Below, in pieces: positions 1 through 13,566 of a DNA stretch of 49,103 bases (its first letter is position 1; each line of letters opens with the position of its first letter). The DNA lies in the NCBI GenBank assembly GCA_009602735.1, contig WELA01001161.1, positions 377,963 through 427,065 of the forward strand. The letters are read 5' to 3'. This DNA is from Mesotaenium endlicherianum (Eukaryota). The notes under the pieces were generated by a model. It worked only from the letters and a program-made list of their open reading frames with translations. It made no database searches and was not told the origin of the DNA. The translations under genes were made by a program, and so were the position numbers.

Positions 1-346
1 CCACCCCTCCTCCACTCGGCTCGCCCTTTCTCCCCTGAGCGGGGCTGCGCACCATGCAGGAAGCTAGCTCTCTCTCCCCCCCCCTCCTCCTTTCCTCCCT
101 CCCCTCGTTCCCCTTTCTCTCTGAAGGTGGAGCTGTGCGGACTTAATAGCAGGGCCGACCCCTCCATGAAATGCCTCTCCTTCAACCTTTTGCAATCTTT
201 TCCTTCTACGCCTCCTCCTTGAGACCCATGCTCGCCACCGCACCCCCCCTCTGACTGAGTCGCCTCCTCCCTCTCGCCCTCCTTGTTTGCGCACGCACCG
301 TGTGAACGAGGGCGCTAACATCCTTCTCCTCCTCGCCACTCTGCAG

Positions 347-765
347 GTCAAGCATGAGTTTGACTTTGTCAGGGAGGCGCACTCGATGGACAGGATTGCC
401 ACCTCCCTGGCCCTGGGGGGGGGGAGCCCCCGGGGGGCCAGAGGCAACGCGGCGAGGCCCCCCCGCCTCGACATGAGCAAGTCGCCCATCATCGTGCCTC
501 GCTCCGTCCCCGGCCTCGTCACCCGGTAGGTGGCAGCGTGATGTGCGCGCATGCGCGCACGCGCTAACGCTGGCCTGTTTGCTGCCTGCCTGCACCTGGC
601 CCCTCACAGCAGCTCCGAGCCCTCTTTCGTCCCGCTGGCAGGGGCCTGTTTGTACCGGCTGCATGTGCGTGTGCGTGTGTACTGTGCTCGCGTGGTGGCC
701 TTGTGTTATGAGCCTGCCTGCCTGCCTGCCTGCCTGTCTGCCTGCCTGCCTGCCTGCCTGCCTGT

Positions 766-796
<31 letters not shown>

Positions 797-3706
797 CTGC
801 CTGCCGGTCTGCTTGCCCAGTTCTTTGCAAGTTGTACCTTGGACCCTGAGGCTCTCCATTTTGTCACGAGCCTGCACTTTGCCCGTGTGTAGGACTGCCA
901 CCTGGCCTTCTGAGAGCACCCCAGCGGAGCAGCACCTGGCCTTCTAGGAGCGCTCATCGGAGAAGCGCTTGTCACTTTTTTCACTGCCAGCTCCTGCCAC
1001 GTGGCCCCCCCGCCAACTAGGTGGCTGTGCATGGCCCTTCATCTGCCCATCGCCAAACGTTTTGTTGGAGGATGATTGGGGGCAGCGCCTGGAAGGTTTG
1101 GGGCAACGCGAGAGTGTGGATCTGAGTGCTTGTGCGCTTGTGCGTGTGCTTGTGCTTGTGCGTGTGTGTGCGTGTGCGTGCGCGTGTGCGTGCGCGTGCC
1201 TGGCGGTGACAACGTGCTGCAGGAGGGTGCTGGTGATGGACTACATCGACGGCGTGCAGATCATGCGGCTGGGCGACGCCATGAAGCAGAGGGGCATCAG
1301 CCCCACCGGCCGGGTGGCCCAGATGGCCAAGAAGTGAGCGCTCCTTGCTGGCCGCCCCTCCTCGTGCACACGACACCCACAGCCACACTCACACACGTAC
1401 ATAACCCCCCTGTACATACACGCGCGCATGCACCTGCAAGCCCACCCACAGGCGCCCATCCACAGCCGCGCACATGCACCTAAGCGGCATACAAGCAAGC
1501 CCGCCCTGGAGCTCACGTTACGCCCTGCCTCCCTTGGACAAGCTATGCCCGCTGCTCTACATGCGCACGGCTGGCCTCTTGCTCCAGGCTTGCGCGCCGG
1601 TATAGCGCGAAAGCAGGGAGTCCTTGTGCATACTCCTCTCTGCATGCCAGCGCTTGTCTGACATCATGGAGGGCGTGGAAAAATCATGGTGTTGTTCCAT
1701 CTCTCCCAAGAAGGAGGCAGAGGGTTGGCGGGAGGGGTGGGTGNTGACTTCCAGGATCCCACTGGTGCAAGCCACGTGGACCAATCATGTGGCAGGATGC
1801 CACTTGAGCCACTTGTGCCACTTGTGCCACTTGTCCCACGCCTGTAGGCTCGCACTCGGAGACTGGTGCTGCAGCGCAAGGCTGCCTGCTGTTGCTGCCG
1901 TGCTGCTGCTCTTTCTGGGGTGAGCAAGAGGTGAGGGGCAGGCCGGATAGCATGTGCCTCTCTCGATCGTCCCTGACAACCTCTTCTGCACTGTGTGCGC
2001 CACCTGGCACCTGCGCCTGCAGGAACATCCTGCGGGACCTGTCGGCCGCGTACGGCCACATGATCCTCCGCGACGGCCACTTCCAGGCAGACCCCCACCC
2101 AGGCAACATCTTCGTCTGCCAGGGTGGCAAGGTGTGCTCCTCCTCCTCCTCCTCCTCCTCCTCCTCTTACTCCTCCTCCCCTTCCTCCTCTTTTTCCTCC
2201 TTTGCCTCCCCCTTGTCCCTCTCCGTCTCCCCTCTGAGTGCTCTTTGGCTGCGCAAGCATGCACCATGGCTTGCGTGTGCATAGAGTTGTTCATGTGGGA
2301 GGCCGGTCGATTTCTGGCCCCTTTCTTGCCTGCCCTACAGCACGCGCTGGCTGGCTGTGGCTGGCTGGCTGTGGCTGAGGCAGGTGAGTGCTTGACATCC
2401 AATGCCTCCTCCTGGCCTGCCTTGGCTGATGCGCACAATGACTGGCAGGTAGGATCCGTCGTGGCGCGGGGCACAGACTGCACAGCTCCTCTCGCGCCTC
2501 TTCTCGAGTGTGTCTCTCCGCTGGCTCACATTGCCGCCGCCGTGCGTCGGTGCGTTCACCGGCCCCGTGTTCGTGCGCCGAGACGACCGGAATTGAAGCG
2601 TACAACTGCATTACGGCCCCGCAAGATGCGTGCGCTTTCATCAAGCATGCCTGCGTGCGTGCACGCATACACGCATGCAGGCACGCACGCACGCAATCCC
2701 TGTCCTCGTCAGCGAGCGACAGCACAACGCACTGCGACGCACTTGGGCTCCTGTGCTGCTGAGTTCTAGGCTCAGTCCAGAACCAGCTGGCGGCCGTCGG
2801 AAGCGGCTCGGAGAGGGAGCTCTGATCGCTTGCGGGGCTCTCTCTCTCCGGGAGTTGCGCGTGCAGGTGGCTCTGCTGGACTACGGGCAGACCAAGGAGC
2901 TGCCAGATCGCCTGCGGCTGAGCTACGCGCGCCTGGTGCTTGCCATCTGTGCGGACGACGTTGACGAGATCGGCCGCCTCTTTAAGTGAGTGCCAGCTCG
3001 TCCTCGAGTGCTCTCTCCCACCCTCCCTCCCTCCCTCCCTCTCGTCAGCTTTGACGCCTATGTGCCGATGACAGGGCTGCTGTTGTCGGTTTTTTTCGCC
3101 TGGTTTTTTTGCCTCTGTCATTAATGTTGTTGTTCCTGTTGCCATTGCTGTTGTCGCATCGGTCCCCAAACTTACAGGTTTGAGCACGAGGCTGGAAGGG
3201 AGTGGGGCAGTGAGCAGTGAGCGCTCGGCACTGTCATTGCCTCTTTGTGAGGGCTTAGTGCGCGGAGGGAGAGTCTTTTGCTTGTGAGGAATACCCCTTC
3301 CGCCCATCGCTGGAATTCTCCTGGTCCCTGTGCTCGAGCTGTTGTTGTAAGGAGCAGCGTGCAAATGGCTTGCCGTCCTTCCTCTTTGTTTCTGGTTTTG
3401 CCGCATGCAGTCAGGTGTGTCTTGTTGACCTTCTGGCCTCTTTACAGCTGACAGTCTGCTGTTACGACCTTTGACAAGTGCGCAATTTGTTGGCCGCAGG
3501 TAATGTGGTGTGAGATGAAAACACCAACAGCCTCCTCGCGCTTTCCTTTGCATCCATTGCTTGGTACAGACATGGACAAAGACCAAAGATGAGACTGCTG
3601 GGTCCAAGTCCACTTGCTTCTTTCCATTATTATAACTCCTTCCTCTTTATTCTTTGGCAAAAGAAGAGAGAAATCTCTGAGCATGCTCCACGCGCCCATG
3701 CTCGCT

Positions 3707-3750
<44 letters not shown>

Positions 3751-4835
3751 GGCGTGTGTGTCCTTGTTCGTGTCTGTGCGTTTGGATGTGTGGATGAGCA
3801 GGGAGGTGGGCATCCAGACGGAGAAGACGGCGCAGGAGGACCCCGACAGCTTCCTGCGCATGTCGTGCATGATGTTCGACACCACCATGAACTCCAAGTA
3901 CACCACCACCAACCCCTTTGCCGAGGAGTCCAGCCTCAGGAACAATGCCGTCAAGGTACGCCCTTTAACCCCTCCTCCTCCTCCCCCTCTCCTCTCCCTC
4001 TCTCTCCCTCTCCCCGCCGTCAACACGTGACACGTGCCGGTGCCGCTCTGGTGCTTTTGGCTCAGCTGATGTCTCGACTGCTAGCGGGAGACAATTGACG
4101 GTGGTGAAGGCTTGCCTCCCTCATAAGTGTGGAAGCGTGGCTGCTGCATCATCATCATCTTGCATCATTATCATCATCGTCCGCTATCTTCTGGTTGACT
4201 CTAGTTTTGTATATAAGCTTGAAGCCGTGAGGCTGAATTATTTTCACCCCTTTGATGCAGCCAAGGGACATGTTCATAGATCCCAGCGCCTACTCCACCG
4301 CAGCTAGGGATGCGCACTATACTTCCAGCGAGGCGTTGTTGCTTCATTTAACATGCTCAGGGCAAGGACCACTTGGTGAATAAACTGCTGTCTTGCGCCA
4401 CCTAGCCGTCTCTATGGTTGACTGAGGTTCTCTTTGACCCTAGGCAATGGCACAAAAAGGGATGAGTGTGGAAGTTAAGTGTCGTGATGCTGAGAGAAAA
4501 GGAGGGAAACCATGCATTGTTAGTGCCTTTGTTGATGGTGACAGGTTGCGGCGGTGGGCGGTTCATGGCGGCGGCTCGCTTCCTCCCTCGGTTCAGCACC
4601 AGGCCTGTCAGCACATTCACATATCTGCTTTGAAGATTTTTTCATGACTTGTTTGTTTGTTTGTTTGTTGTTTGTTGTTTGCTTTATCATTCCACAGGCG
4701 TTCCCCAAGGATCTCTTTTTTGTGCTGAGAACGGTGCAGCTTTTGAGAGGCCTCAGCATGGGCATGGACTGCGAGTTGTCTGTCGCCAAGGAGTGGAAGG
4801 GCCTAGCTCAAGAAGCTCTCGCCAAGGCCAAGTAG
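347..4835 (+). CDS. ABC1/UbiB (ABC1K) atypical protein kinase, 3' exons (gene begins upstream of window)
   Basis: Phase-consistent GT-AG exons 347-525, 1223-1333, 2023-2131, 2867-2985, 3802-3955, 4698-4835 (TAG). Translation has ABC1 motifs EFDFVREA, IIVPR..PGLVTRRVLVMDYIDG, GHFQADPHPGNIFV, VALLDYGQTK and C-terminal FPKDLFFVLRTVQLLRGLSMGM, which from memory resembles the Arabidopsis At4g24810/At5g50330 subgroup. Confidence 0.93.
711..803. repeat. (GCCT)n tetranucleotide microsatellite, intronic
   Basis: Direct reading: gcctgcctgcct... with two GTCT interruptions. It produces the spurious QAGR/LPAC ORFs. Confidence 0.95.
3709..3744. repeat. (TG)n microsatellite upstream of splice acceptor
   Basis: Perfect TG run ending about 57 nt before the acceptor at 3801. 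Confidence 0.95.
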
Positions 4836-6719
4836 ACAGTAGTTGAAAAAGTAGGTCAAGTTTGTATATTCTTGTTTATGGCTGAGAAATGAGGTGCCCA
4901 GGTTGAGCGAAGGTGGTTGTTGCGAGCTGGAATTGGACTTACTCTTTAAGGTGTTTCAACAATATGGCATTTAACATTATTTGCCACTATAGTATGCGGC
5001 TCAATCATTGATACGTGGCCATCAAATTGGCCTTAATTATGATTGATTTAGCTTAATAAGCTCATTGCCGGTGGCTTGCGCCCACCATTACTTAACATAA
5101 TGCAGGGTAAACATTTGGCATGCATTAGAGATTTAGTAACTTCTTGGTCTACATTGTAAGGCCATAGCCCGCATGCTTCAACTCTTAGTATCTTGTCTTA
5201 CTTTTATGCAATTCATCAAATTTACTAGAGGACCATTGTAGATATACACTATGACTAAAATTTGGCAGTAATAAGCTTTCAATCTATTGGCAGGTACATA
5301 CACCTTATCCACATATGTTGGTTGAGAAAGGCCCACGTCAAATACCACAATGTACATGTCCTTGCGATGATACACAATATGAGATTAAAAGTTTTCCAAC
5401 AAGTGCGAAGAAGCTATTAGTCAATGGGGAAAGAGGTTCTTAATTGCATATGCAAAATAAGTTTTTTGCATTAATTTTGGGCTGATTGATGCATGGACCC
5501 TTTTATTTGCTACATATCGTCGACATAGAGCAAGCTTTTGTAGAAACTCGTTTATTGACTGTAGGACGAATGTAAAGAGTCAGACCATTAAATCAAATGT
5601 CGCATGCTCGATCTACCAGCGACGTTACAAGAGGGTAAGCCGAGCCTTAACATGACAAACATCCTACATTGTTATTTGAATTAGTGGAAAATGGGATGGC
5701 ATGACCACATTATATACCTTCATGATGTGTATATAGATCTATATAGAATATCAAAAGCAAATATATGACGAGCACATAAAAAAAAGGGGGTATATTTGCT
5801 ATGCATATTGTGGTAGATATTAATCGAGTCAATTGTCCAGTTTCTTCGTTGAGAGGCTCTCTCTTGATGTTCTTTTTAATTTAATAGGAGGATACAAGAA
5901 ATGGCGATCTTGTCGTTCCAAACTGAATTTCCTTTTGACCAGCTTTTGAACAAACGTGCCCAAGTTCCAACGTGGGCTGTTCAGGACCATTATAGACATT
6001 CTACTGAAAGACGTCCGCGCAGCGTTCGTATCCAATTGCAGTCGGAAAGTTGAACTCCAGGATATATATGCTGCTCTTTAAGAACAAAGCTCTTGTTTAT
6101 TCCCATCAAGCTTTACTCCCTGTTCCACAACCTCATATTACAGCATCCGTATTAAGCATTTGAAATCCGCAACCAAGATTCATTGTTACTCTAAGTTCTA
6201 ACCTGTGGGTTTATTTACTGAGGCGGATATAATCGCCATGATGGCACATGAAGGTGATTATCCAATTCTACCAAAATGTGCCCTTCGATAGAGCTCTATG
6301 TTTTTCGGATGCAAGTTGTGACCTAAATTACTTAAAATTAAGAATCATGTGATAATTAATAGCAGAAGCATACATGTATGAATGGATTCAAAGTAGTGGT
6401 TAACGCGCGGAAGTAATGTATACCAAGCAAGAAATACCCTTCTAGAGAGAACAGAGATTGTACTACTCTGTCTTTTTACTTGACATAAACACTCCGGACG
6501 AGAGCACTTGTAAAGGGTTGCTTGAATTCGGCGGACATTGTAGTGTTCAGCTTTTGACAGCGTAAATATGCAATAGTAGGTTCGTTGTAACAACAGCTAC
6601 AGGCTTTAAACACACGAGGTAGTTGTGGACGTACATTGGGGACTGCCTGCTGTCAGCTAGTGAGCTTGTCAGCCTGTAATTCCCGGTTGTTGCTGTTTCC
6701 GTTCCCCGTAAAGAGAACA

Positions 6720-7162
6720 ATGGACAATTTTGTTGAGCTTGGGTTTGGACTTCGTATGAACGTGCGGCCATGGTTGTGACCAGTCACACGGGCTGCTGGG
6801 ACGTGATGAAAGAAATGTGCTGAATTGAACATCTGGTACCGCGAAAGACTACAATGTGCAAGACATTTCAAGAGCGATATATATTTGAGCTCACACAGCG
6901 GCTTTGGAACCACTCTCATTGTTTCATCTTTACACGGAGCATCCGAAATTTTCAAGCATGTGAAAGTGTCACCCAAACCAGGGCTTCTCACCGTGCCATA
7001 TCTGCATGACACATCGTTCACTCCTATCTCCTTAAAGTGTCAGCAAGCCCCAGCTATGATCTGTGCTGTGTGTGCTTTGGACGAAACTTTTTAACACAAG
7101 GAATCACAAATCCCAACAATGAGGTGTGCTCGTGCACTCAAGCCAGACGCATTGGCTTGGCC

Positions 7163-7204
<42 letters not shown>

Positions 7205-10200
7205 CAAACAGGCTGGGCAGAGAACAGGGCAGCTCAGGAGGAGGAGCTGCAAGTGCTGGAGTCCATCTTCGGGACCAGGTGCTCCGTCTTCGCTGACGAG
7301 CATCTCTGTGAGGTCCGCCGCCACCTCTTCTTCCTCCCTCACTCTCGTACACTCTTACTAGGAACAGAAACACTACTCCCCCTCTGCACTCTCTCACCCC
7401 CTCTCTAATTCTGCTTGGGGCCTGGCCTGGCCCGGCCTGGTCGCCTGAAACTGAAAGCCAAACCCGCAATGACCAAGAACAGCCCGAGATTGAGCCTGTT
7501 CAGTGCACCTCTCTCCTGTGACGCGCTTTCTTACGTCACAAGTTTTTTGTTTCCCTCAAATTGTGGAGGCTCAGGAGCAACTTGTCCGCAGGCTTGCCGG
7601 CTTCTCCTCTGGGGAGCTTCTCCTTGAGGGCTCCACTTGAACTCTGCCTGGACCCTGATGACTCCGTCTTCTCATCGGCACTCCTGCTTCATGCGCTTTC
7701 CTTTCTCCTCATTTACTCCTTGTACTCCTGAATGCGAAGACCTCGGACTTGAAACCAGGAGGCCGACGTGCGGTGCCTGCTCAGGGGATGATAGCAATAG
7801 CTAGCGTTGTCAGCAAAGGGTCAGCTGCCAGAGGGGAGAGAGAGGGGAAGGAAAGGGGAGACTGGGGCAGGTTAAGTGTAGGTCCAGCAGAGGAGTGGTG
7901 ATCGATGTTTGAGAAGCTAGATTATTCGTAGGCGGCTACATGCAGCACCCGTGGCTGCTCCTCACAACCTGACACCTGGAAGCGCCTCGCTGGCAGGTGC
8001 AAGTGGTGCCCGCGGACTCGGAGCTGGAGAGCGCCTTCGACGTCGCCACCTGTTTCCACCTCCGAGTGCACCTGCCGGAGACGTACCCGTCCACGTCGGC
8101 GCCCGTGGCGGAGATCGACGCGCCGTGGCTGACGGCGGACGCGCGCGTGCGCATCTGGGAGGGCCTGCAGAGGCTCGCCTCGGAGTCGGCTGGCCAGGTG
8201 GTGGTGTTTGACTGGGTCAACTGGCTCAAGGTAACCGGGAAGCAGAAATCAGGCTGTGTGCTTGCATCGGGGAGAAAGGGTCAAGGACTGTGGTTGAGTG
8301 GGTCAAGCTAATCGGGAGCCAGGGCAGTCAAGGGCGAGGCTGACTGAGCCGGCCAGGCGTAGTTGTGAACCAAGAACCAGGGTGGGGGTGTGGTGGCCTC
8401 ATGTTGACGGGGTTGTGGGGGGCGGCTGGCGGCCGGTGGGGTGGGTCGACTTGGTCAACATGGGCTGAACTGCAACAATTGCGTGCACTTTCCCGCAGAC
8501 AGCTTGCAGAAATGACACGATGCACCCTCTGGTCTCCCTCCGCGACGTCCCCTGAAAAAACTCTCCCTGCCACCGCACTCCTGACCTGCTCGGCTGCTCA
8601 CGTCACAGTCAGGCCCATCTCCCCCGCTAGGCCGCTCTGGGGGTCTGGCGCGTCAGTGGTCCTGAGGCAGATGGAGTATGTGGGTGGTTTCCATGCTCCA
8701 CGCCAATATCCTTGATCATCAGAGAGAGGCCTACTTGCGGCCGAGGATGTCATCGCATGAGAAGGGGGGGNNNNNNNNNNNNNNNNNNNNNNNNNNNNNN
8801 NNNNNNNNNNNNNNNNNNNNNNNNNNNNNNNNNNNNNNNNNNNNNNNNNNNNNNNNNNNNNNNNNNNNNNNNNNNNNNNNNNNNNNNNNNNNNNNNNNNN
8901 NNNNNNNNNNNNNNNNNNNNNNNNNNNNNNNNNNNNNNNNNNNNNNNNNNNNNNNNNNNNNNNNNNNNNNNNNNNNNNNNNNNNNNNNNNNNNNNNNNNN
9001 NNNNNNNNNNNNNNNNNNNNNNNNNNNNNNNNNNNNNNNNNNNNNNNNNNNNNNNNNNNNNNNNNNNNNNNNNNNNNNNNNNNNNNNNNNNNNNNNNNNN
9101 NNNNNNNNNNNNNNNNNNNNNNNNNNNNNNNNNNNNNNNNNNNNNNNNNNNNNNNNNNNNNNNNNNNNNNNNNNNNNNNNNNNNNNNNNNNNNNNNNNNN
9201 NNNNNNNNNNNNNNNNNNNNNNNNNNNNNNNNNNNNNNNNNNNNNNNNNNNNNNNNNNNNNNNNNNNNNNNNNNNNNNNNNNNNNNNNNNNNNNNNNNNN
9301 NAGGGGGGGGGGGCTTGTGGAGGAAGGGGGATTGCGAGTGGGGAACCCACGATTGAAGGGGGATTGACGATACGACGCAGTCTCCAGAGCGATTGGGCTG
9401 CCTGCCATGGGCACCCAGATAGCAGCAGCAGCCCTCTCGCTGCATGAGGTCATGGGGGGGTCAGGCCTCCAGGGGTGGGGCTCCTCTTACTGCGCCTCAG
9501 GGGTTCGTGGATTCACTCACAGTTAGGCCCTGACACTGCGAGATGCCAGGGCCGCCCCCGTGGTGAGTGTGTGATAGCCACGAGCGTTAAGCTAAAGGCC
9601 GGTGCTGCGGTGGGCGCCTACTTAATAGTGAGCTGCCTGCCGCTGGTCGGCAAGAGAGGATGGGTACTAAAGAGGCTCCTCTCCTGGTGGCGTGCGTGCT
9701 GGCAGGAGCAAGAGTGGATGTGGCAGCAGGCGCTGTCGTGGCTGGACCTGCAGCCATCTGTCAGCTCCCCCAGACCTGACACAGGGCAACCGGGCCCTAC
9801 TCCCCCCAGCAGCAGGCAGGGGGAGGCGTCTGAAGGGCACACAGCAAGCTCCCAGACCTCTCAGAGTCGACGCAGAGGAGGGGGGGGAGGGGGAGGGGTG
9901 GGAGGAGGAGATGGTGCGGAGGGGGCGGACGAGACGGAGGCGATGACGATGATGGACGTGAGGGAGCTGGACGAGGCCCTGGGCATCAAGCACGGCGACG
10001 CCGTCACCGAGCGCAAGAGTGAGCACGCACGCGCGCGCGAGCACGCACCCCCGCACCCTCGTATTCTCACGCGCGCTGACGCTCGCATGCGCTCACTCCC
10101 CCCTCCTTCACCTAGCTGGCTCTTGTTTATGCCGATGGCATGCGCCACTTGTCCCCCCATCGTGAAGGGTGAAGGGAGAGGGGGAGGCAGCGGGGGCCGA

Positions 10201-12263
10201 CTCTCCCTTGCTGCTGTTTGCCTGCACCAGTGGCAATGCTCTTCCAGTGGCCCGACCTTCCGGCTCATGCTCCCGCTTGGCCCACGGCCAGTCAGACCCA
10301 GACATCGACTCGATGACTGGATTGCTGCTGGGGCTGCGGCGGCTGGTGGTTGTTGGGGGGGAGGGGGGGGGTTTTGGGGAGGGCAGGCACGTTCCAGGCG
10401 CACGTGGCGCCCGTGCGCAGCGTGGAGGAGGTGCAGGCGGTGCTGGACGCGCTGCTGCGCAACCGCAAGGTGGCCGCTGCCACGCACAACAGCATGGCCT
10501 TCCGCATCGTACCTCCCGACTCCAGCAACGTGAGAGCACGCCCCTCTCCCCCTCCGCTGTGCCTGCCAGCCCTGGAGGGGGGCCCGGGCCGCAAAGAGGG
10601 GGAGGGAATACAGGAGAAATGGGGTGGGGAGAGGGGTTGCTGGTGGGATGGGAGAGTCTTTGATGGTGCCGACAAGAGGGGGATGGCTTGCAGGCCTTGG
10701 TGTTGGTTCATATGTCATGAAAGAATGTGGGCGCGAAGCGGGCGGGAGCGAGAAGCTGCCGATTCTTGCTGTGGGTTCCACTTCTTGTCCGAGGCACAGA
10801 CGCTTGCTCAGCATGCAGTGTAAAGTCGTGGTCATCGGGGGAACCGTGAGAGGGTGCCTGTGAGGGAGTACCAGCGGGACGTCCCGCTGAGCCGCTGGCG
10901 GGCACTCCTGTGTCCGGCAGCCTGAACAAAACAAGGCCTGTTTTTTTGCGGTGGAAAAGAGGATGTGACAAGGCCTGCCGGGAGGCCTGGGGGTGAGTTG
11001 TGGGCGCTGCCAGCGGCATCGTCTGTGCTTCTTCTACCTTCAGGCGGGTAACACGCGTGCTGCTCACATATATCCCTGTGAAGTCACGCCGGGTCTGTTG
11101 CTGCGGGCATGCCAACGATACCGGGAGCTGATTTGAGGCACTGCAGCACGGGGGTGTGCGTGCGTCTCTCTATGTGTGCATGTGTGTGTATGTGCGTGTG
11201 CAAGTCTGGGTGCATGTGTGCGTGAGTGTGCACGCGCGCGTCTGCCTGCATGTGTTTGTGTGCTCATCTGTTGGTGTGCGTGTTCACATGAGTGAGGGAG
11301 GGAGCAGGTGCTGCAGGACTCAGACGACGACGGCGAGTCCGCGGCAGGGGGCCGGCTGCTCCACCTGCTGCAGATTGTGGACGCCCGCAACGTGGTAACG
11401 CACCGCCGCCCGCTGCCATGCCAGCTTCGCGCCGCACCCCTTGTGTTTAGCGATTGTTCCGTAGACCGCACGCAAGCTGTGCACCCCGTGTGCTTGAATC
11501 CTGGCCAGGTGGCAAGCTCGTGTGTCCTCCACGTGAGTGCCCCCAAAGGTCCCAGCAGACGAGCATGCTTGCCCACGCTGTTCGCGGACGTTCTGTTGTG
11601 GGTGTCTAGTGCTCTGTTGACACGTTGACTGGTCGATGGTGCCGCTCGGGGCATGCGCGCTCCTGCAGGTGGTGGTCGTTTCCCGGTGGTTTGGTGGGAC
11701 GCTGCTGGGCCCCGACCGCTTCAAGTTCATCAGCAACTCCGCGCGCTCTTTGCTCGACACCTGCGGCTACATCCCGGAGCCTAACAGAGCCAAAGGTCCG
11801 TCTTGCGCGTGTGCCTGACTCAAGTGGATGTCCTCTCTGTTTGGCTCTCTCCCACACGCCCTCCACCATTCCTTCTTCACCCACTCAGAGCTTCCCTGAC
11901 GACTCCTGACATGGCTGGCGCCTGCCTGCTTGGGACGTCACAAGGAGGAGGCCCAGTAGGCAGCATCCTAAGTGTCTGCAACCCGGACACACGCACAGAC
12001 TCATGCACACACGCACGCGCACACACACATACACACGTACTCACAGAAGGCTCTGTTTGCGGCGACCTTGTACGCACACGATTGTGCGTGCATGCGTGTA
12101 TGTCGGGGAGACAAGCACTTGGTTGAATATGGGCACAGCAGGAGCTGGCTGTTGCTGCGCCTGCCCGTGCTACGCTAGGATCAAGCAGTGGTTCCCACCC
12201 TCGTCCAGCGGTTCCGTGCCCGTCTGCATTATCTGGTGAACGTGTGCAGGCAGGAAACGATAA
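6720..12263 (+). CDS. IMPACT: IMPACT/Yih1-family protein (N-terminal RWD domain + UPF0029 'ancient' domain)
   Basis: Exons 7212-7312 ([12 protein letters not shown]), 7997-8230 ([21 protein letters not shown]), 9706-10018 ([11 protein letters not shown]), 10387-10529 ([10 protein letters not shown]...[10 protein letters not shown]), 11308-11394 ([18 protein letters not shown]), 11669-11795 ([20 protein letters not shown]), probable last exon 12250-12263 (GRKR*). All junctions are phase-compatible. The first exon 6720-6753 ([19 protein letters not shown] context) is tentative. Confidence 0.9.
7163..7204. repeat. (TGGGCA)7 hexanucleotide repeat abutting a splice acceptor
   Basis: Seven perfect units ending 7 nt before exon start 7212. 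Confidence 0.95.
8771..9301. other. Assembly gap (N run) inside an IMPACT intron
   Basis: N run flanked by G homopolymers. The flanking exons join in phase 0 (..NWLK|EQEW..), so no exon is required inside the gap. Confidence 0.99.
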
Positions 12264-13566
12264 CGTCTACGCCAACCAGTCTCGAAGCATCCTTTTCGGA
12301 AAAAGGAGGCTTTTGCCGCCCCCACTTTCAGAGTCCCCAGGTGCTCATCCTCTCCCTCCTGTCCTAAGCACCTAAGCAAGGTTGGCAGTCTTGCACCATG
12401 CCACCACATCTGAGCACCTCTTATGCAAGGCGTGGACAGGCGGAAAGCCCCCACTCTTTGCTGCAGCTGGGGCTTCTCTGTAGTGCCTATTGGCCGCGGA
12501 TGCGAGCGAGACTCGCCCGTCATGTCTTCTCATTCTTCCACCTTGTGTGGCGACTTGACTTGTGGGCTGCACAGGTGTCACGGTGCCCACATTTGCAGGA
12601 GCGCTACATGTGCTGCACAGGCCTGGCATTTGTGATGCTGACTCGATTTCTGCTGCCCTGGAAGGTGCCGTTCTGTGTGCTCATGATTACCTCCTCTGTT
12701 GGAGGTCAGAAGGTGTCCACTTGTGAAGACGGTGACGATGACAATGTAACCATAAGGTTTTGCTGAAGTTTCACTCACGGATAAGTAGCTTTTCAAGGTA
12801 TCGCTGCCCTTCAGGGGGGGCACAGCTGGCAGATGGCCAGTGTAAACGTACTTGTTAAGGTCCTTCATATGTAGGCGTTTGAGGTATAGAGCCATATGTC
12901 CAGGGCTCAATGCGCTGGCTCTGCCTTCCTTGTAAGCTTCAATGCTCAACCACTTGAGCCAAGTTCTTTGTGGGTTCCGGATTCAAGGTGTGATGAATGC
13001 CCTTCGGAGTGTCTGCACGCTGCCAATGCCCATCCTCTGTACTCACGTCTTTACAAGGAGCAAGTCCAAATTGTGAAGGCCAAACAAGAGAGCATATGGG
13101 CCTGCACTAGCTTTGATAAGAAGTGAATGCTTTTTCACTGTACGGGACGGCTTATGCAGGAGAAAGTACCACAGGCGGCCTTGTATATTCCTGTTTGTTC
13201 TGACCATTCAAGCGTCCCAAAAATTGGTTATAAAACGGCAGCTGCTCCTACCCAAACTAGGTCGAAGCTGCCGGCCTATAACGCTACTATTTCATGGCCT
13301 GCCTACTCATAGCACTTCATGGTTGCTGCTTAGCTGCTAACAGACATGCAGCAACACTCAGCACCGCAGGTCCCGCTCGGCACAGAAGTTTTACTCAGGA
13401 AGCACATATGTGCGCGTCCATCACGCCATCTTAGCCAGCTAAAAGTACGAGTGTGGATGTTGTGAATGTATACATAGGGAGGTGTTCCGTATGTGTGCGC
13501 GCACGCGTGTGCGTGTGTGTGTGTGAGGGAGAGAGAGCAAGTTCCTCAAAGAAGCTTAGCTCGCGC

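Noticed and set aside
64..3613. Numerous long ORFs (QAGR, LPAC, poly-L/S/G, HT repeats) on both strands
   Set aside because: Products of GC-rich intronic microsatellites lacking stop codons. The real exons are short and are explained by the ABC1K model.
5178..6593. Short minus-strand ORFs in the AT-rich spacer between ABC1K and IMPACT
   Set aside because: No recognisable motif, interrupted by stops, and no consistent splice chain.
8598..9453. ORFs of 200+ aa spanning the N gap (likewise 14920-15537)
   Set aside because: Artefacts of translating N runs.
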